A stretch of DNA of 63,345 nucleotides, filler included, from Bigelowiella natans CCMP2755 (GCA_000320545.1; 7 parts of 7 records of this genome joined end to end with filler, not necessarily neighbours in it); one strand, 5' to 3'; shown: positions 27,355 to 42,959, counted from the whole stretch's first letter. A program made the numbers and translations. The notes: generated by a model not told the origin, from the sequence alone.

Positions 27355-28914
27355 CTATACAAATCCACTCTGGGTAATGATGCTGATGGCCTTTTTGAAG
27401 TTTCCTGGGTTTACTCCAAGAGTTTCTGCAGCTTCAGTGATCTTCTCTTCTGGGAGCTTCCGCAGTACCGAACTGCGGTACGTGGAATCCTGAGCGGAGA
27501 TCCACTTCAAAATACCTTCTGTCGCATCCAGTAGGAGGTCTCCATGTTGGCTCATCTTTGCCTTCTTATCAAACAAACGTATCGAAGCTAAGGGCTGTTC
27601 TGAGAAGAACTCATGAGAGAGTAGCTCTTCGGTAGTTGCGCGACAGTTTGGATCTAGCTCGAGGCATCTGTCTACAAAGGAACAAAGGGCTGGCGAGAAC
27701 TCTCTAGGGTCTAGAGAGGGTGCTGTCTCACTCACGACATTCACCAGCTTCCAATATTCCAATGGGACTGGACATTTGTTCTCTGCACAGAACATCACAA
27801 CCAGCCCGAAGCTCCACACATCGGCTTTGAATGAGTACTTTTCGTTCGCAAGTCTTTCTAGACTTAAGATCCAGCGTGTTCCGAGGCACTTCGAGGTCAT
27901 CGCCCCATCTTTTAGCTCGGTCGCCAAGCCGAAGTCCGCGATTTGAATGACCCCGTTTGAGTGCACTAAAATGTTCTCTGGCTTGAGGTCTCGATGGATG
28001 ATGCCTCTACTATGTACATAATGGAGTCCTTCCAATATTTGATGAGTTACACTGCGAAGCAACGGTTCTTTCATTGCCCCCCAACTTTTTACCACCATAT
28101 GTAAAGACCCCAGGTTATTGTATTGTAAAGCAATAACAATGTTTGGGTCATCAAAGTACCCTCCGAGACACGAGACTATGTTTTTGTGCCTGAACTTGGA
28201 AAATGATTTGATTTCTTTCAGAAACTGATGTCGACGGTCTTTGTTGCAAATGTTGATATGCTTCAAGGCCATCACCCTCATCGTGGGGATGTGCAAAGAG
28301 ACCTCGACTTTCCCAGATGCGCCCCGGCCAAGAACGCGTATTTTGACTATGTTATCCAAAGATATATCGCGTCCTAACGTGTTTTGATCATTATCTATGC
28401 CACGAATGACTATTTGTTTCTTGGAAACTAGCACATTATTTGTCGCAAGGCCTGTGGGCAGCTGCACAAACGACCGTGTTGAAGTTTCGGACTCGAGATA
28501 TTTCATTTCAAGGGATCGGACTGTTTTCGGTGCAGAGACCTTTATGGTCTCCAAATGTAACTTAGGCGGCATCTTGCTGGTACCACCATCGCACTTTTCT
28601 TTGGGGAGTTTGAATGTTGATGGGGGAGATTTATGTTCAGCGAAGCAACTTTTGAAGGACAGCACCTCTGCTTGCTCATCCGATGATGTTAATGGCCCAT
28701 CTAAATGCATTTTAATCAGTCTGTTTCGAACAAAATTCATTTTGTCGTATCCTTCAGAGCCTTTCATGGTCTTTGAGAGCAATAGTCTCAACCGAGCTCG
28801 AAGAATAGACGCCTCGCTACAAGATTTGGAACGACCCATACCTCCTAATATCCAATTTCGGTAGGATATGCTAGAAGCTTCGGTGGTAGTCCATCCTCTT
28901 CCCCTTTTCACCAA
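27355..28914 (-). CDS. MAP kinase kinase (STE7-like) domain in a single large exon
   Basis: [62 protein letters not shown]. Confidence 0.88.
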   Translation of the reverse strand: MVKRGRGWTTTEASSISYRNWILGGMGRSKSCSEASILRARLRLLLSKTMKGSEGYDKMNFVRNRLIKMHLDGPLTSSDEQAEVLSFKSCFAEHKSPPSTFKLPKEKCDGGTSKMPPKLHLETIKVSAPKTVRSLEMKYLESETSTRSFVQLPTGLATNNVLVSKKQIVIRGIDNDQNTLGRDISLDNIVKIRVLGRGASGKVEVSLHIPTMRVMALKHINICNKDRRHQFLKEIKSFSKFRHKNIVSCLGGYFDDPNIVIALQYNNLGSLHMVVKSWGAMKEPLLRSVTHQILEGLHYVHSRGIIHRDLKPENILVHSNGVIQIADFGLATELKDGAMTSKCLGTRWILSLERLANEKYSFKADVWSFGLVVMFCAENKCPVPLEYWKLVNVVSETAPSLDPREFSPALCSFVDRCLELDPNCRATTEELLSHEFFSEQPLASIRLFDKKAKMSQHGDLLLDATEGILKWISAQDSTYRSSVLRKLPEEKITEAAETLGVNPGNFKKAISIITQSGFV

Positions 28915-28991
28915 AAAAATGATATCAGCTATTAGGACAACTTATGAGAACATTTACATGTTGACGTTAGGTGGTATGTATTGAAATTCGA

Positions 28992-30729
28992 CTACGTGGA
29001 TCTCAGGTTTTGTTTATGGCGTCCTTTGGTGAGAACGGCAAACATAATCTGCGAAAGTCTTGCGCTTCCTTCATCTTCAAAATGAGCTAGGAAGTCATCG
29101 TGTAACAAATCTTTCACTTGTACGGCCCAGTATCTAAGCGGTATTTTTACGAATTGGAGAAATAACTTTCCCAAGTTGGTGTATCGTGCTCCCATCTTGT
29201 ACAGATTTGTATCGTCATATGATTCAGCATTTGTTTGCGGAGAAACTTTCCTAAATGGAGTGTGAGGACTTGGCGTTGAACAAAGAGTAGACACTTCTGT
29301 GAGAACTTTTGTCTCTTCACAGTACCGCAAGCTCAGACACATAAGCGATAGCTGAAGGAGATCTCTGGCAGGACCCCTTATCTCGAAGTCTTTAGTAGAG
29401 TGAACTACCGTTGTCTCTCTAGAAACATAATCTCCCAGCTTTATAACTCCGAATGAATTTACGTAAACCGTCTTATGTGTGATGTTACCGTGGTAAATTC
29501 CATTTTTGTGCAGGACTTTCAGAGCATAAAGCACGCAATGTGCTACGTGAGCTACGTGGTGCTCCTGCAAGTATGAAAGTCCATGTTTACCTTTAAAGCT
29601 TGCCAAATCCCCGATGTCAGCGAACTCCATCAGTAGACAATCGAATCTCGTTCCCTTATAGTTTGTATACATTTAGGAATGTCTTTGCGTGAGAAGATAA
29701 ATGATAGGATCGTAAAACTGAGCTATTTATTAAGAAGTAAATCTATTTTCTATTCGGATGGTTCCATTGCTATTCTGAAAAATTCATGCTAAAGAAAAGA
29801 AGAATAAATAGATAGATGGCATAATATTACTACCTTAATGATGTGGGTGCTTACGTCGAAATATTTCAAGAGGTATGAACTCTTTATATCTTTAACCAAA
29901 GAAAGAGCATGCTTCACCTGTTGGAAACAAGAATATCATGTTCAAAAACAATCAACTAAGATAGGTTACTATGACCTCATGCAAAGAGTTCCTTGGATAT
30001 CCTTTTATGGCAAAGAAGTTTGACTTTGTAGGTGGCAGGTTTGTCTTATGAACGATCCATGTCCTATTCTGTCCCCTCCTTATTTCTTTGACGATGGCAA
30101 GCTCCCGAAACTCTGGTGCTTTATAACTTGTCTTTGGTCCAGCGGTGTGAAGTAGATTGCTGAAGAAGATGAAATGTTCTCTATTCTGTTTTTGAGATCT
30201 GCTTCGAAATACAATTATGTTGCCTCCTTCGAACTCTAAGCCAAAGACGGGTTTTCGAAACCGCTGTTCCAAATCATTCCCATTGAGGACTTGCTTCAAA
30301 TCGCGCAAAGATATCATAAAGAAGGATTTTGTCTCCATTATCGGCATGGACAGTACGCTACTTTTTACTGTTATTGAAAAATTGCGTCGGGGAAGAGTAA
30401 GACTAGTTTTCCTTTTCTCATTGGCTTTCAGTTTTGGGGACATCAGCATGAGACGGTCCTCATTCTCTTGCGACGTAAGCTTTACGAAACACTTTCCGAA
30501 TTTCCTATCCCGTTTCATATTTTTCAGTGAAGTCTGGTCATCAAATTATGCAAATCGAGGTATATCATGTTATTATACCATATAGGATAGAGAGATAAGA
30601 TGTGAGCCAACGAACCAGGACAACATCTTCAAAAAGTGTTCCCTTCCTTAAGCTGGATTCAACCGGCAACTTAGTTCGTCCTACTGCGTCTTTAGCCCAT
30701 GTAAATGCCTGAATGAATATGTGTGAAAG

Positions 30730-30772
<43 letters not shown>

Positions 30773-31430
30773 TTGGAATTGAAACGTGAAATCGAACATC
30801 AATCCTCCTATAAAGTTTTCTGACCTTTGTCCAATCTCCAATCTTCCAAAATTCGACAGGTTCAAAACAAACTACTTCATCACTGAAAATCAGAGACACT
30901 GCAAGAGGATTCTGAAGCTCAGATTCAAAGAGACCGGAGAAGACGCCAATTATTTTTGCTAATTCCAAAATTTTGAAAGGTCTTTGCCTTCCTTTTTTCG
31001 TCAATGTCATCGAACTGAGAATGTAATATGTTCTGAGGTGACTGTCTCATCCAATGTGTGTTGTCTATTGACCTGCATTCTCCGTTTAATGTGAACGAAA
31101 CTTCAATCGGAATCCTGAAATATTCCACTCTTCACTTGAACTTATTTGTATCAATTTGGGTTCGTCGTATTGTATTTTTCTCAACATCACTCTACCTAGT
31201 CCAGCGAAATAAGGATTTCTTCAGCAGCACGAACGAGCCTCCCGTCTCTAGAAGAGACAAACATGTATCTGCCTCTGGATGATCTGCAAACTCCATTGAG
31301 CGGGCAGTCGTTTTAACGGCCAAACGCGTACTGCAATAGCGCGGGTCAAGGTCAAGACTGTTGCGGTACGTGTATCTACTGTTCTTCGCTTTTTTTTCGG
31401 CGATAATTTTCGGCCTGTATTTTCTATCAA
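28992..31430 (-). CDS. Multi-exon region with PH-like segments and a degenerate kinase (pseudokinase) domain; possibly the 5' part of the MAP2K gene
   Basis: FFAIKG, LLMEFADIGDL, IYHGNIT (HRD lost), IKLGDY (DFG lost); upstream beta-rich PH-like ORFs at 29952-30518 and 30825-31128. Confidence 0.6.
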
Positions 31431-31740
31431 CGACAAGTATGATTACGTTGAAATTGCGATATGTCCCTAAGAAACGAAGAACTTAGCCAGCAGCAATGAG
31501 CTCTAATTTTTGAACGTGTTTGATACTTTTTTCCTAATTTCAATCCTTGCGACAGCAATTTTCTCCTACGAATCCCTATCAATATGATCGTTTTACAAAT
31601 GTTACTAATGTTACAGACTAAATACAGCATCTTGAAGAAACAATGCCGTTTATCCCAGGTTTCGCAGCTAGAAAGTTGTCGCAATCTGGGCCTGATCACT
31701 AGCACGTGTTACTAGGAAAAGAATCAGAAACTTGCCTTAA

Positions 31741-32525
31741 TTGCGGCATGGAAACAAAGCGATTTGACATGAACATCACGGTGTCGCACAAGGGAAACAC
31801 TCAAAACAGAAAGTGGTTTTCCTCATCGAGCCGATGATCATTGACAAAGCATGCTGGCATGTGCGAAGCGCCACAGCTAGACAGTCTCTAGAGTCTGCTC
31901 AGTGCGTCAGCTAGATCAGATGTCACATCGCGTCGCACGTGCCATTGGAATCATTGCGCATTGCACATCGAATCGACGGGCCGCGCATTGTGTAGCCATG
32001 CCATCAGTGTTGCGATGTGCGCACAGTGCTCGCAACACGTTGCACACGGCTGAGCACGCGCTAGCACGCTCCAGCGCTCTGGCGAACGTGCTTGCTTGTG
32101 GATGCATTCTCATCAGCGAGAAATGCCAAGCAACAATGCACGCACATGTCATGGCTACAGATGCATGTGTGTTTGCGTGCCAAGTGACGATGTTGTCACA
32201 TTGTGCAATGGTTTCAGATGATGTGTGACCAGGCGATCCAGCTCTGGAGCTAGCGAACTCACATGCTGGCATGCTGGCATGTCTAGATGTGATGCAACAC
32301 CCGTCGTCACAATTCCAGAATTGTTTCGTTTGTCTGACTCGCAGCTAGCTAGCTAGCTAGCTGCTAGCTAGACGCGACGCATGTCGCACCATGCTAGCAT
32401 GCTGGCATGCAGCACGCGTGTGCAATCTAGCAATGCTCATTGTTCTTGTGCACATGCTAGCATGTCATCGATCAAAGTGCACGCATGAGCATGTCTAGAT
32501 GTGCTGTTGACCTAGATTTGCACGC
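31741..32525. repeat. TpA-depleted, CTAG-rich island (unclassified decayed repeat)
   Basis: Counted 19 TpA: 17 CTAG, 1 GTAG, 1 CTAC. Confidence 0.88.
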
Positions 32526-32878
32526 ACTTATTAGTGTCGTGAGATGATGGGATCGCGTGCAAATGCATGGTGACAACATACATGCCAGTACGATACGCGC
32601 ACGAGTTTCCGGCTGCTAAATTGTGCATCATGCAGTGCGTTTCAACATCGTTCTAATCATCATATGTCTATTTGCACATTTGGAGAATCTGTTTCGCCCA
32701 CGGTTATTAATAACTAGAAACTGTTATTGCTGCTGCTGCGGCTGCGGAATGCTGCTCGATGTGTAATACATGATCGAAAGTGAATTACTAGTACTAGTAA
32801 ATACAACACCTTTGCATCATATAAATCTGCTTGTGCAAGGCTAGTCAACGATTGTGATGATGATATACACCGTAGACA

Positions 32879-35292
<2,414 letters not shown>

Positions 35293-35392
35293 NNNNNNNN
35301 NNNNNNNNNNNNNNNNNNNNNNNNNNNNNNNNNNNNTTAATTAATTAANNNNNNNNNNNNNNNNNNNNNNNNNNNNNNNNNNNNNNNNNNNN
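35293..35392. other. Assembly spacer
   Basis: N-TTAATTAATTAA-N. Confidence 0.97.
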
Positions 35393-35988
35393 GACACACA
35401 GAAGATGATGGTGATGATACCCTCTTCTGCGTTTCCAATCTGTTCAAATCTTCCTTATGAGATAGTTTCATTCTATCATTTTAACCCCCCCCCCCCCCCC
35501 CCTTTTTCTCAATCAGCTCAACTTGCCTTGGGCATCTTTATTGGTATTCCCGAGCCATCGTTATAAATCGATTTCGTCCCGTTTTCACTAAAATAATCAT
35601 CACCGGTGGGTGTCAAACACGCAAACTCGCGCACCCGCATACGTGCGGGAACGTACTTATTCATTCTACAACCTGTCGACGTTGACTTTGATAGTCGTAA
35701 TGCGTTTGTCATCGAATTGTCTGATGATGACCCACAATATATATATATGAGGTGAGGGAGCTTGCTGCCAAGGCACACGATACACGAAAAACACTTAACA
35801 ATAGTAGTCGCCAAACGTGTAAAGAGTGTAAGCCTCCCCCCCCCCCCCCCCCTCCCAGACACATGAAATCACAGAAATACCTATCGATTGCGTTGACCAG
35901 AATCTCATCAAAGATTTTCAGGAACCTGCGAGAGAAGATCGATTGTTATTGTTGTTGTTGTTGACTATACGAGCACGCAACAGCTCTC

Positions 35989-36029
<41 letters not shown>

Positions 36030-37066
36030 CAACACAAGCTCTCTTCTCTCCTCTCTTTCTCACCCAGGAGTCATCTTTACGTCCTTCTCCTCGATGTGTG
36101 TCCCTCGTCTGCACAAATTAATGCAACCAGTAGGATTTGTGGGGGATGGGCAGATGAGTGAGTGGTTGTCCTCCCGGTGAAACACCCACTCTCCTACTGA
36201 TGAAGATGTTGCTTTCAACTATTTGTCCTTGCTTACTCGTTGACAATCCACATTCTCTTTTCTTCCGGCTGCACGGAACCGATATACCTGCGAGTGTGTG
36301 GCGGGAGAAATCACCTTAGACTTAACTCAACCCTAACTCGACCCTCAACTCGCCAAAATGTATCACGAGATTTAGCTGCTAGAACGAGGAGGATACTAGC
36401 TGCGTATGTGGTCATTTGCTGTTGGCGGTTGTTTCCTGCATAGTGTTTGTGCATAGTACGTGTCAGGGCGCTGGAGAACATGCTCTCTCTGAGTCAGCTT
36501 CTTGTAGCGGCGCGTGGCTTCGTCCTTTTGTAAAGTAATCGACGGGGATGTTAAACATCAAGTGCTTGATCAACCCTTGTGCAAGATAGTAGTAGAAGTA
36601 GGGTTGGGTAGCGATTCTGACCTGGTCTTTATTTGCACCTCCAGAGATCCCAACGCTGCTGCTTCTGGTGGCGAAAGGCCGTAGATACTATTTTTTATGG
36701 AAAGTGAAAAAGGAATTGATTCGGAGAATCAAGGAAATACATCTGAAGTAGTTTTCAGGGCGGGCATTCATCAGAATAGCACATCTCTCCGTGCCGCCGC
36801 TCATTCCCCATCACCTGCCGAAATGGCGGTCCTCGGGATGGTAGTTCTGATGTATAATTCCTGGGCAATGATAGCCGCAGAGCCGGTGGAGATCCCCGCA
36901 GGAGTCGCAGCCGGAGAAGGCTTGTTGAAGGGCTCGGTCGGGTCCATCTGTGGTGTCGTAGCGCTGAGACAAAACAGTAGATTTATGCTAATTAAAGCTC
37001 ATTCTCATACCTGGCGGTAGCCTTGCCCGAGCGAGAGGCGGATAGTAACAGTGACCCGGCGAACAT
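35393..37066 (-). CDS. TOP2: DNA topoisomerase II, 5' exons (ATPase domain) with N-terminal extension; truncated by gap
   Basis: Small exons missed by the ORF track: YKKLTQREHVLQRPDT, YIGSVQPEEKRMWI, PG/FLKIFDEILVNAID, TTIKVNVD, SIYNDGSGIPI; start codon uncertain. Confidence 0.88.
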
Positions 37067-37698
37067 CAGCACGAAAACCTAACACATTCAGGGCAGATCG
37101 GAATAAGCGGCGCTCGCTGCTTTCAGAGTTGGTCAATCATCTCAAATGGTGTCACCGTTGCACGGCCAGCTGCCCTGGTTTTAGTATGGACCTAACGGGA
37201 TAAATGTGTGAGGGGCTCATCGGCAAAGGCAGAAGTGGTGAAGCGCGCTGTGGTGGTTTCCAGACCTGGGGCGGGGCATCGTACATAGCATGAAACACTG
37301 GAACTGAGTGATGCTTGCTCCTTCAGAAAGTTTCTGGGTAAATTTATTTTTCAGATTATATGTTTTTATCATTACATCCTAATACCAAAATTAGTATTAT
37401 AATATTTGTTACGACATGTACAGTAGGTCGATTTTATAAAACAAATAGGTTAAATATCCTGCTCGCTCTGAAGCTCTAATGATACATTAGAACAACATTC
37501 AAATATGTATATATCAGTTTATAAAATGTCTAATAAATGTAAGATCGAAAGATTCAAAATAATATATTTAACCCTTTTTCGAAATCAATATTTACTTTTT
37601 ATGATATTTCTAGCTTGATTTTCTGCCTCATTCATGTACGACGCTTACGGCCACAAATCGAATTCGCGAGGCAGCTCCTGCACGCATCGAACGAAAGA

Positions 37699-39681
37699 AT
37701 GGCTGAGAAAGCGAACCCCCTCGAGTCCCCTGTCTGTGTCACCGGCGCATCTGGGTTCCTTGGATCGTGTCTTGTAAAAGCGCTTCTGGATAAAGGGTTG
37801 CTAGCGAGCGCGTCGATGTTGGTATAGCTTCGATTGAGGCATCTTTGTTTGGGCAGATACACCGTCCACGGGACCGTGCGTAGCCTTAACGACAATGGAA
37901 AGTATGACTACCTTCGCAATCTGGATGGGGCGTCAAAGAGGTTGAAGCTATTTGAGGCAGACCTTCTCAAAAAGGGATCTTTTCAGGTTATGTGTGGGAT
38001 GCGCGTAACATTTCTTCGGAACTTACCCCCTTCCCATCGCGCAGAAAGCCATAGAAGGGACGAGATGCGTGTTTCACACTGCTTCGCCTTTCTTCTTCAA
38101 AGACGGTGGGTGTGACATTGTTTCTCCACTACCCCTAATACTTCTATCGTTCTTCCGAAATGAATTGTCTACTGTGGTATCGTCTCACAGGCACAAGGGA
38201 TAACTTGGTGAAGCCTGCCCTTGAAGGAACAGAAAATGTTCTGCAATCTGTCGCAGCGGTCAAATCGGTCGAGTGTGTTGTTGTCACCTCCTCCACGGCC
38301 GCAGTGTACGTTAACCACAACACAGAATCGATAGATCCGAAGAAGGTACGTACGTCGGAACTCGATCATCGTCGCGGATGTGATTGTCGTTAGCTGTGGG
38401 GAATTTGCATGCATATATCGTCGGTGTTTTTCGCCTGCTTGGCACGCGCCTCATCTTAGCTTGCGAGGTAGGGTAACGTGTGCAGTGTTTGTCTTGAGTA
38501 TGATAGATCGCATTGACATATAAGAAGGTATTATAATACACCTGAGCGTCATCGAGTTGATATCTTCTAAGGTATATACCGAGAAAGACTGGTCCGATGT
38601 CAAATCTATGGAAGAAAACAAATCATGGTAATAATACGTGGGTTGTGTCTCTTTCTGCGAGGAGAGCCGTTTTTCCTAATCGTTTCTATAATAATGAATA
38701 AGGTATCCTTTGAGCAAGACATTGGCTGAGAAAAGGGCAGCGGAGCTCGCCGCAAAAGCAGCCTCCTATCGAATCGTATGAAGCACAACTCGATTTGCGA
38801 CATCATCTATGTTACACGCGGTGCACGCCTTTCTCTCTGGAAGTAGAGCACACAAACACGCGCACACACAGAAGATATGGGCAGGCAGGCGAACGCCATA
38901 TAAATACTTGTGTGCTGGGTGTTATGTTGGTTCTGTGATAGGTTTGCATGAACCCTACGCTTATCTTCGGGCCAATGCTGCAACCGAATCTCAACACTTC
39001 AAACGCTGCTGTTCTAGCTTTTATCAACGGAACGAGGAAGGTGTGCATCTGACCAACCTTCCTAGCTACTGTGTGTCGAATATGTGCTTTCGTACGAGCA
39101 ACCTCTCCTCGCCATTGCGGCTGCTGCTTTGTGCGCGCGCACCACGCCAACTTGACCATCGCACGCATTTTTCTTTCCCAGGAAATTCCAAATTCTGCCA
39201 AAACGGTTGTCGATGTCCGCGACGTCGCAGATGCTCACATAAAAGGTAGCCGTTTTGTACGAATATGTTCTCGATCTGGAAAAGCCAGCTGAACGCCACG
39301 ATTCGTTTGTGTGACAGCTTACGAAAACGAAGAAGCGAAGGGCCGGTACCTACTGATTGCTGAGTCAGTAACATGGACGACGCTTTGTGAAGACATCAAG
39401 TCGGCATTAGTAGCCATCGATAAAAAAGACAAAGTGGCATCGGTTCCAACAAAGCTGAGCTCTGAAATCTTGAAGGGCGGGTAATGACATTACGTTTACG
39501 CGAAAATGATTCTCGAAGCTAAGTTTCTATGAAATATAACTGCAGATTTGGAGCTCCTCCACCGCACCACACGTTGTTTGACTGCAGTAAAGCTAAGGAT
39601 CTCGGAGTTAAATTCAGGCTCTCAAAAGAGATGATCCTCGAAACAGTCAAGAGTTTGCGCCAGCACAAGCACATCGAATAG
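37699..39681 (+). CDS. NAD(P)-dependent extended SDR, cinnamoyl-CoA/dihydroflavonol reductase-like
   Basis: VCVTGASGFLGS, VHGTVR, LKLFEADLL, VFHTASPF, LVKPALEGTENVL, VVTSSTAAV, WYPLSKTLAE (YxxxK), VDVRDVADAHI. Confidence 0.92.
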
Positions 39682-39894
39682 TTGTTATCAGAAGAAAAGC
39701 TCTATGCGAACGATTGTATGTTGATGAGTACATAGCTAAACAGCTTCAGGTTGTGCTCGCCCAGCCTTATGAACTCTGGAACTTATACAATGTTTACATT
39801 TCTTATACAACTACCCTGCTGCGAACGCTACGTATACGTAGTCAGTCATCATGCTTTTGTGCTATGTTGTATTTCTATAGTCTCCTACCTGTCG

Positions 39895-40310
39895 TAAGAC
39901 GAATGTAATCAATCAAATTGAGTTTGTTCAATGGTCATCCTAATGTAGCTGTGCAATGCAGCGGCCATAGCGCTAATGTTAAATCTGTTGGTCTCCGCTA
40001 GCGATGTGTTTCATGCAATCAAAAGCGCGCTGTATATGTTTCGGTGTTAAATATCGCGCATTTCGTGCAGCAGAGCGCGTGTTTTCTATTCATCAGAAGT
40101 CAATGCTTTCGCTTCTTCTTCGCGCATCACCATGGCAGTGCACACACGTGACTATAATTAACGCTAGACTTAATCATCGTGCATTTTCATGCATGCATCA
40201 TGTGACCAAGGAAACCAACAGATACAACTTAAGCGCTGTAGCCGCTGCATTGCATAGCTACATTAGGATGACCATTGAAAAAATTTAAACATTTCATTAC
40301 ATCCGTCTCA
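39895..40310. mobile_element. MITE-like non-autonomous DNA element with about 80-bp imperfect TIRs
   Basis: Left end taagacgaatgtaat...tcaatggtcatcctaatgtagctgtgcaatgcagcggc is inverted against right end gccgctgcattgcatagctacattaggatgaccattga...cattacatccgtctca; interior homologous to 58650-59013. Confidence 0.85.
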
Positions 40311-40622
40311 TAATTAACGCTTTATACGGCCGTCGCTTGTTGCATTGTGCGAGCGCATCGCATGCGCGTTGCAGGCGCATGCGAAGCGCTCGCAGAATGC
40401 CTAAAGCAGGTGTGAAGAAGCCTGTCACACTGACACCCATGATGGATGAGGTTGAATGTGACAATCGAGGACCTAGTGCCCTCGCAACGTGCCGGTGAAG
40501 GAATTCTACTCTGACATAATGTTGTGCGGGACATTGTGTCTACTCGCCTTGCCCCGTGCTTACTTAAAGTGGAAATGATAAATAGGCAAGGACATTTTTC
40601 AGCTCAACGCTAAAGAAAAAAG

Positions 40623-40722
40623 NNNNNNNNNNNNNNNNNNNNNNNNNNNNNNNNNNNNNNNNNNNNTTAATTAATTAANNNNNNNNNNNNNNNNNNNNNN
40701 NNNNNNNNNNNNNNNNNNNNNN
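40623..40722. other. Assembly spacer
   Basis: N-TTAATTAATTAA-N. Confidence 0.97.
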
Positions 40723-42049
40723 GGATCGGAAGAGTGCAGGAGGCAAGACGGCAGCTCAGGCGCAAATGACGATAGTAGCGGGGGGACAGGGCCTCTCATT
40801 CTAACGTTTCCGGATGTGGTAGTTTTGATGCAGCTGCTTTCTTTGTTTGCTCGCAGCTGCTGTTGGCGTGTGAGAGAGAGAGAGAGGGGGGGGGGGGAAT
40901 GTGTGTGTGTGTGTGTCTCTGTCTTTGTGTTGTTTTCTCCCCGAAACTCAAACACTCTTCCCCGCATTTATTTCCAAAGTGATTTGGTGTGTTTGGGGGT
41001 GAGAAGATCGGTAAAAGATGGGGAAATGAGGAAGATTCCGCGAAAAAAAGAGAGCGAGAGAGATAGAGAGAGATTCAGATTGAGGTTGAGACTTCGCCGC
41101 CTCTAAGTGCGGGGGGATATCTGGATTCACTCCCAACCACCAGCCCGCTGCTAAATATACAAATTATGAGCAGGGGCACAGGGAGAGCCGCACCTTGAGC
41201 CAAATAGGACACAGAGACCCTGAGAGTGTGAGTAGATAAAAAACTATTTCTGTGCTTATCATCGTCTATGACTACTATACCATTTTGGCATTCGAGTTAA
41301 AATTGATGATAATACCATCATCAAACGCGCTCTCCTCATGAGGAATATTAAAAAATTACAACTACCAAAAATAGACCGCCGTCAGGGATCTTGACCTCCT
41401 TGGCCGGGGGAGGTGCGTGGGATTTTCTGCTTAAAAAACCCACCAAACCCCACCCACCCCCCCCAGGAACAAATTGGGTCAAAATGCCTTCTTCCGTCCC
41501 CCTCCCCCCCCCCCCTGCCTTCCTTTTCAAGAGGGCGGCAAAAACCCCTTTGGTCCCAGTGAACTTAAAAGTTGGAACTTTGGGGGGGGAAATCATAACG
41601 AAACCCACAGGGGGGGGGGGGGGGGAGAAGGAGGAGATCATGTTTTTAGAAACATGAATTCCTTATAAAGAAAAAGCACCTCACCATCATCATCACCAAC
41701 TTCTTTTTATTACCTCTATTCCTCCTCCTCCTCCTCCTTATTCGGTCAGCAATGCATGATTCTGTGATGGCAATAGCAATAGAGAAGAAGAAGAAGAAGA
41801 AGAAGAATGCGCTAAGAGTTGTGTGTGTGTGTTGGAGGGGGGGGGATGGTGAGGTTTTCGAATAATCACAATGTAACGTATTATCTGTTCTGTTCCGTAT
41901 TCTAATATATGGTGGGGGGTGGGGGAGAGATGACGATGGTAGTGGTGGTGGCGATGCTGAATTTTGTGCAGTCTTTCATCCTAACGTATTTTGGAACTAC
42001 TCCTCCTCCTCCTCCTCCTCCTTCTACTGCTACTGGTGCTCTCTCATAT

Positions 42050-42270
42050 TGCTAGCTTTAAGTTCGGGCTTGACTACAAAAAACGCTTATTTGATGGAAG
42101 CCTTCTTATCACCAATCGTGGCCGACGATACGGATGCACAGGGGTGGGAGGAGAGGACCAAGGTTGGCTCTTACCCCGGTGATAATAGCGTTGGAGGAGT
42201 CGCGGTCCCGGAGGCAAAGAGCTATCCTATACTACACAACAACACAACACACACACACACACACACACAC

Positions 42271-42313
<43 letters not shown>

Positions 42314-42925
42314 GTGTGCGGGGCTGTCAGGCTGCAATGCTGCATTTGCTTCGATCTGTACTTGTCAAGCAAAGCCGGGGCTCGAAATCAACGCAGTTCC
42401 CCCAGTCTCAGGTAGTGGCAATCGTTGTCATTGCTGCCGCTGCTGCTGCTGGCATCTTCGTGCAAGCCTTCATTATCATCAACCCAATGATGACGATGAT
42501 GATGATAATGATGATGATGATGATGATGACGACGGTGGCTGCAGCAGAAAAAGAGGCATCAGTGTTTTCTGCGAAGAGAGAAAATCGTGAGTATGAGGAG
42601 AGCCGATGTGTTTCTTATCAGATGACCTTAATGGATGATACATCAAAGCTCAAGAGCAACATCCAACAGGTATGTTCGTTACTCCGGCCAATCTTTCTTC
42701 TACTCTTTCGCCCCCCCCCCCCCCCCCTCCTTTCACGCAGCATGATCATACTTTAGTTCCTGACTTTAACACGCCCGCTGATGGGCTATTATAGGTGTGC
42801 GAGCGCCTTTCGAAAGGATACAGGTATTATCACTATTATCATCGACAGATGATGATGAAATAATCATAGCTTAATCCATTCAGAAAATGCATAACATAAA
42901 TTTGTAATATGCATAAAATAAATAA

Positions 42926-42959
<34 letters not shown>

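Noticed and set aside
41350-41670. Homopolymer-rich ORFs upstream of the BBS9 exons
   Set aside because: Texture is typical of a low-quality read end; probably a garbled exon or intron
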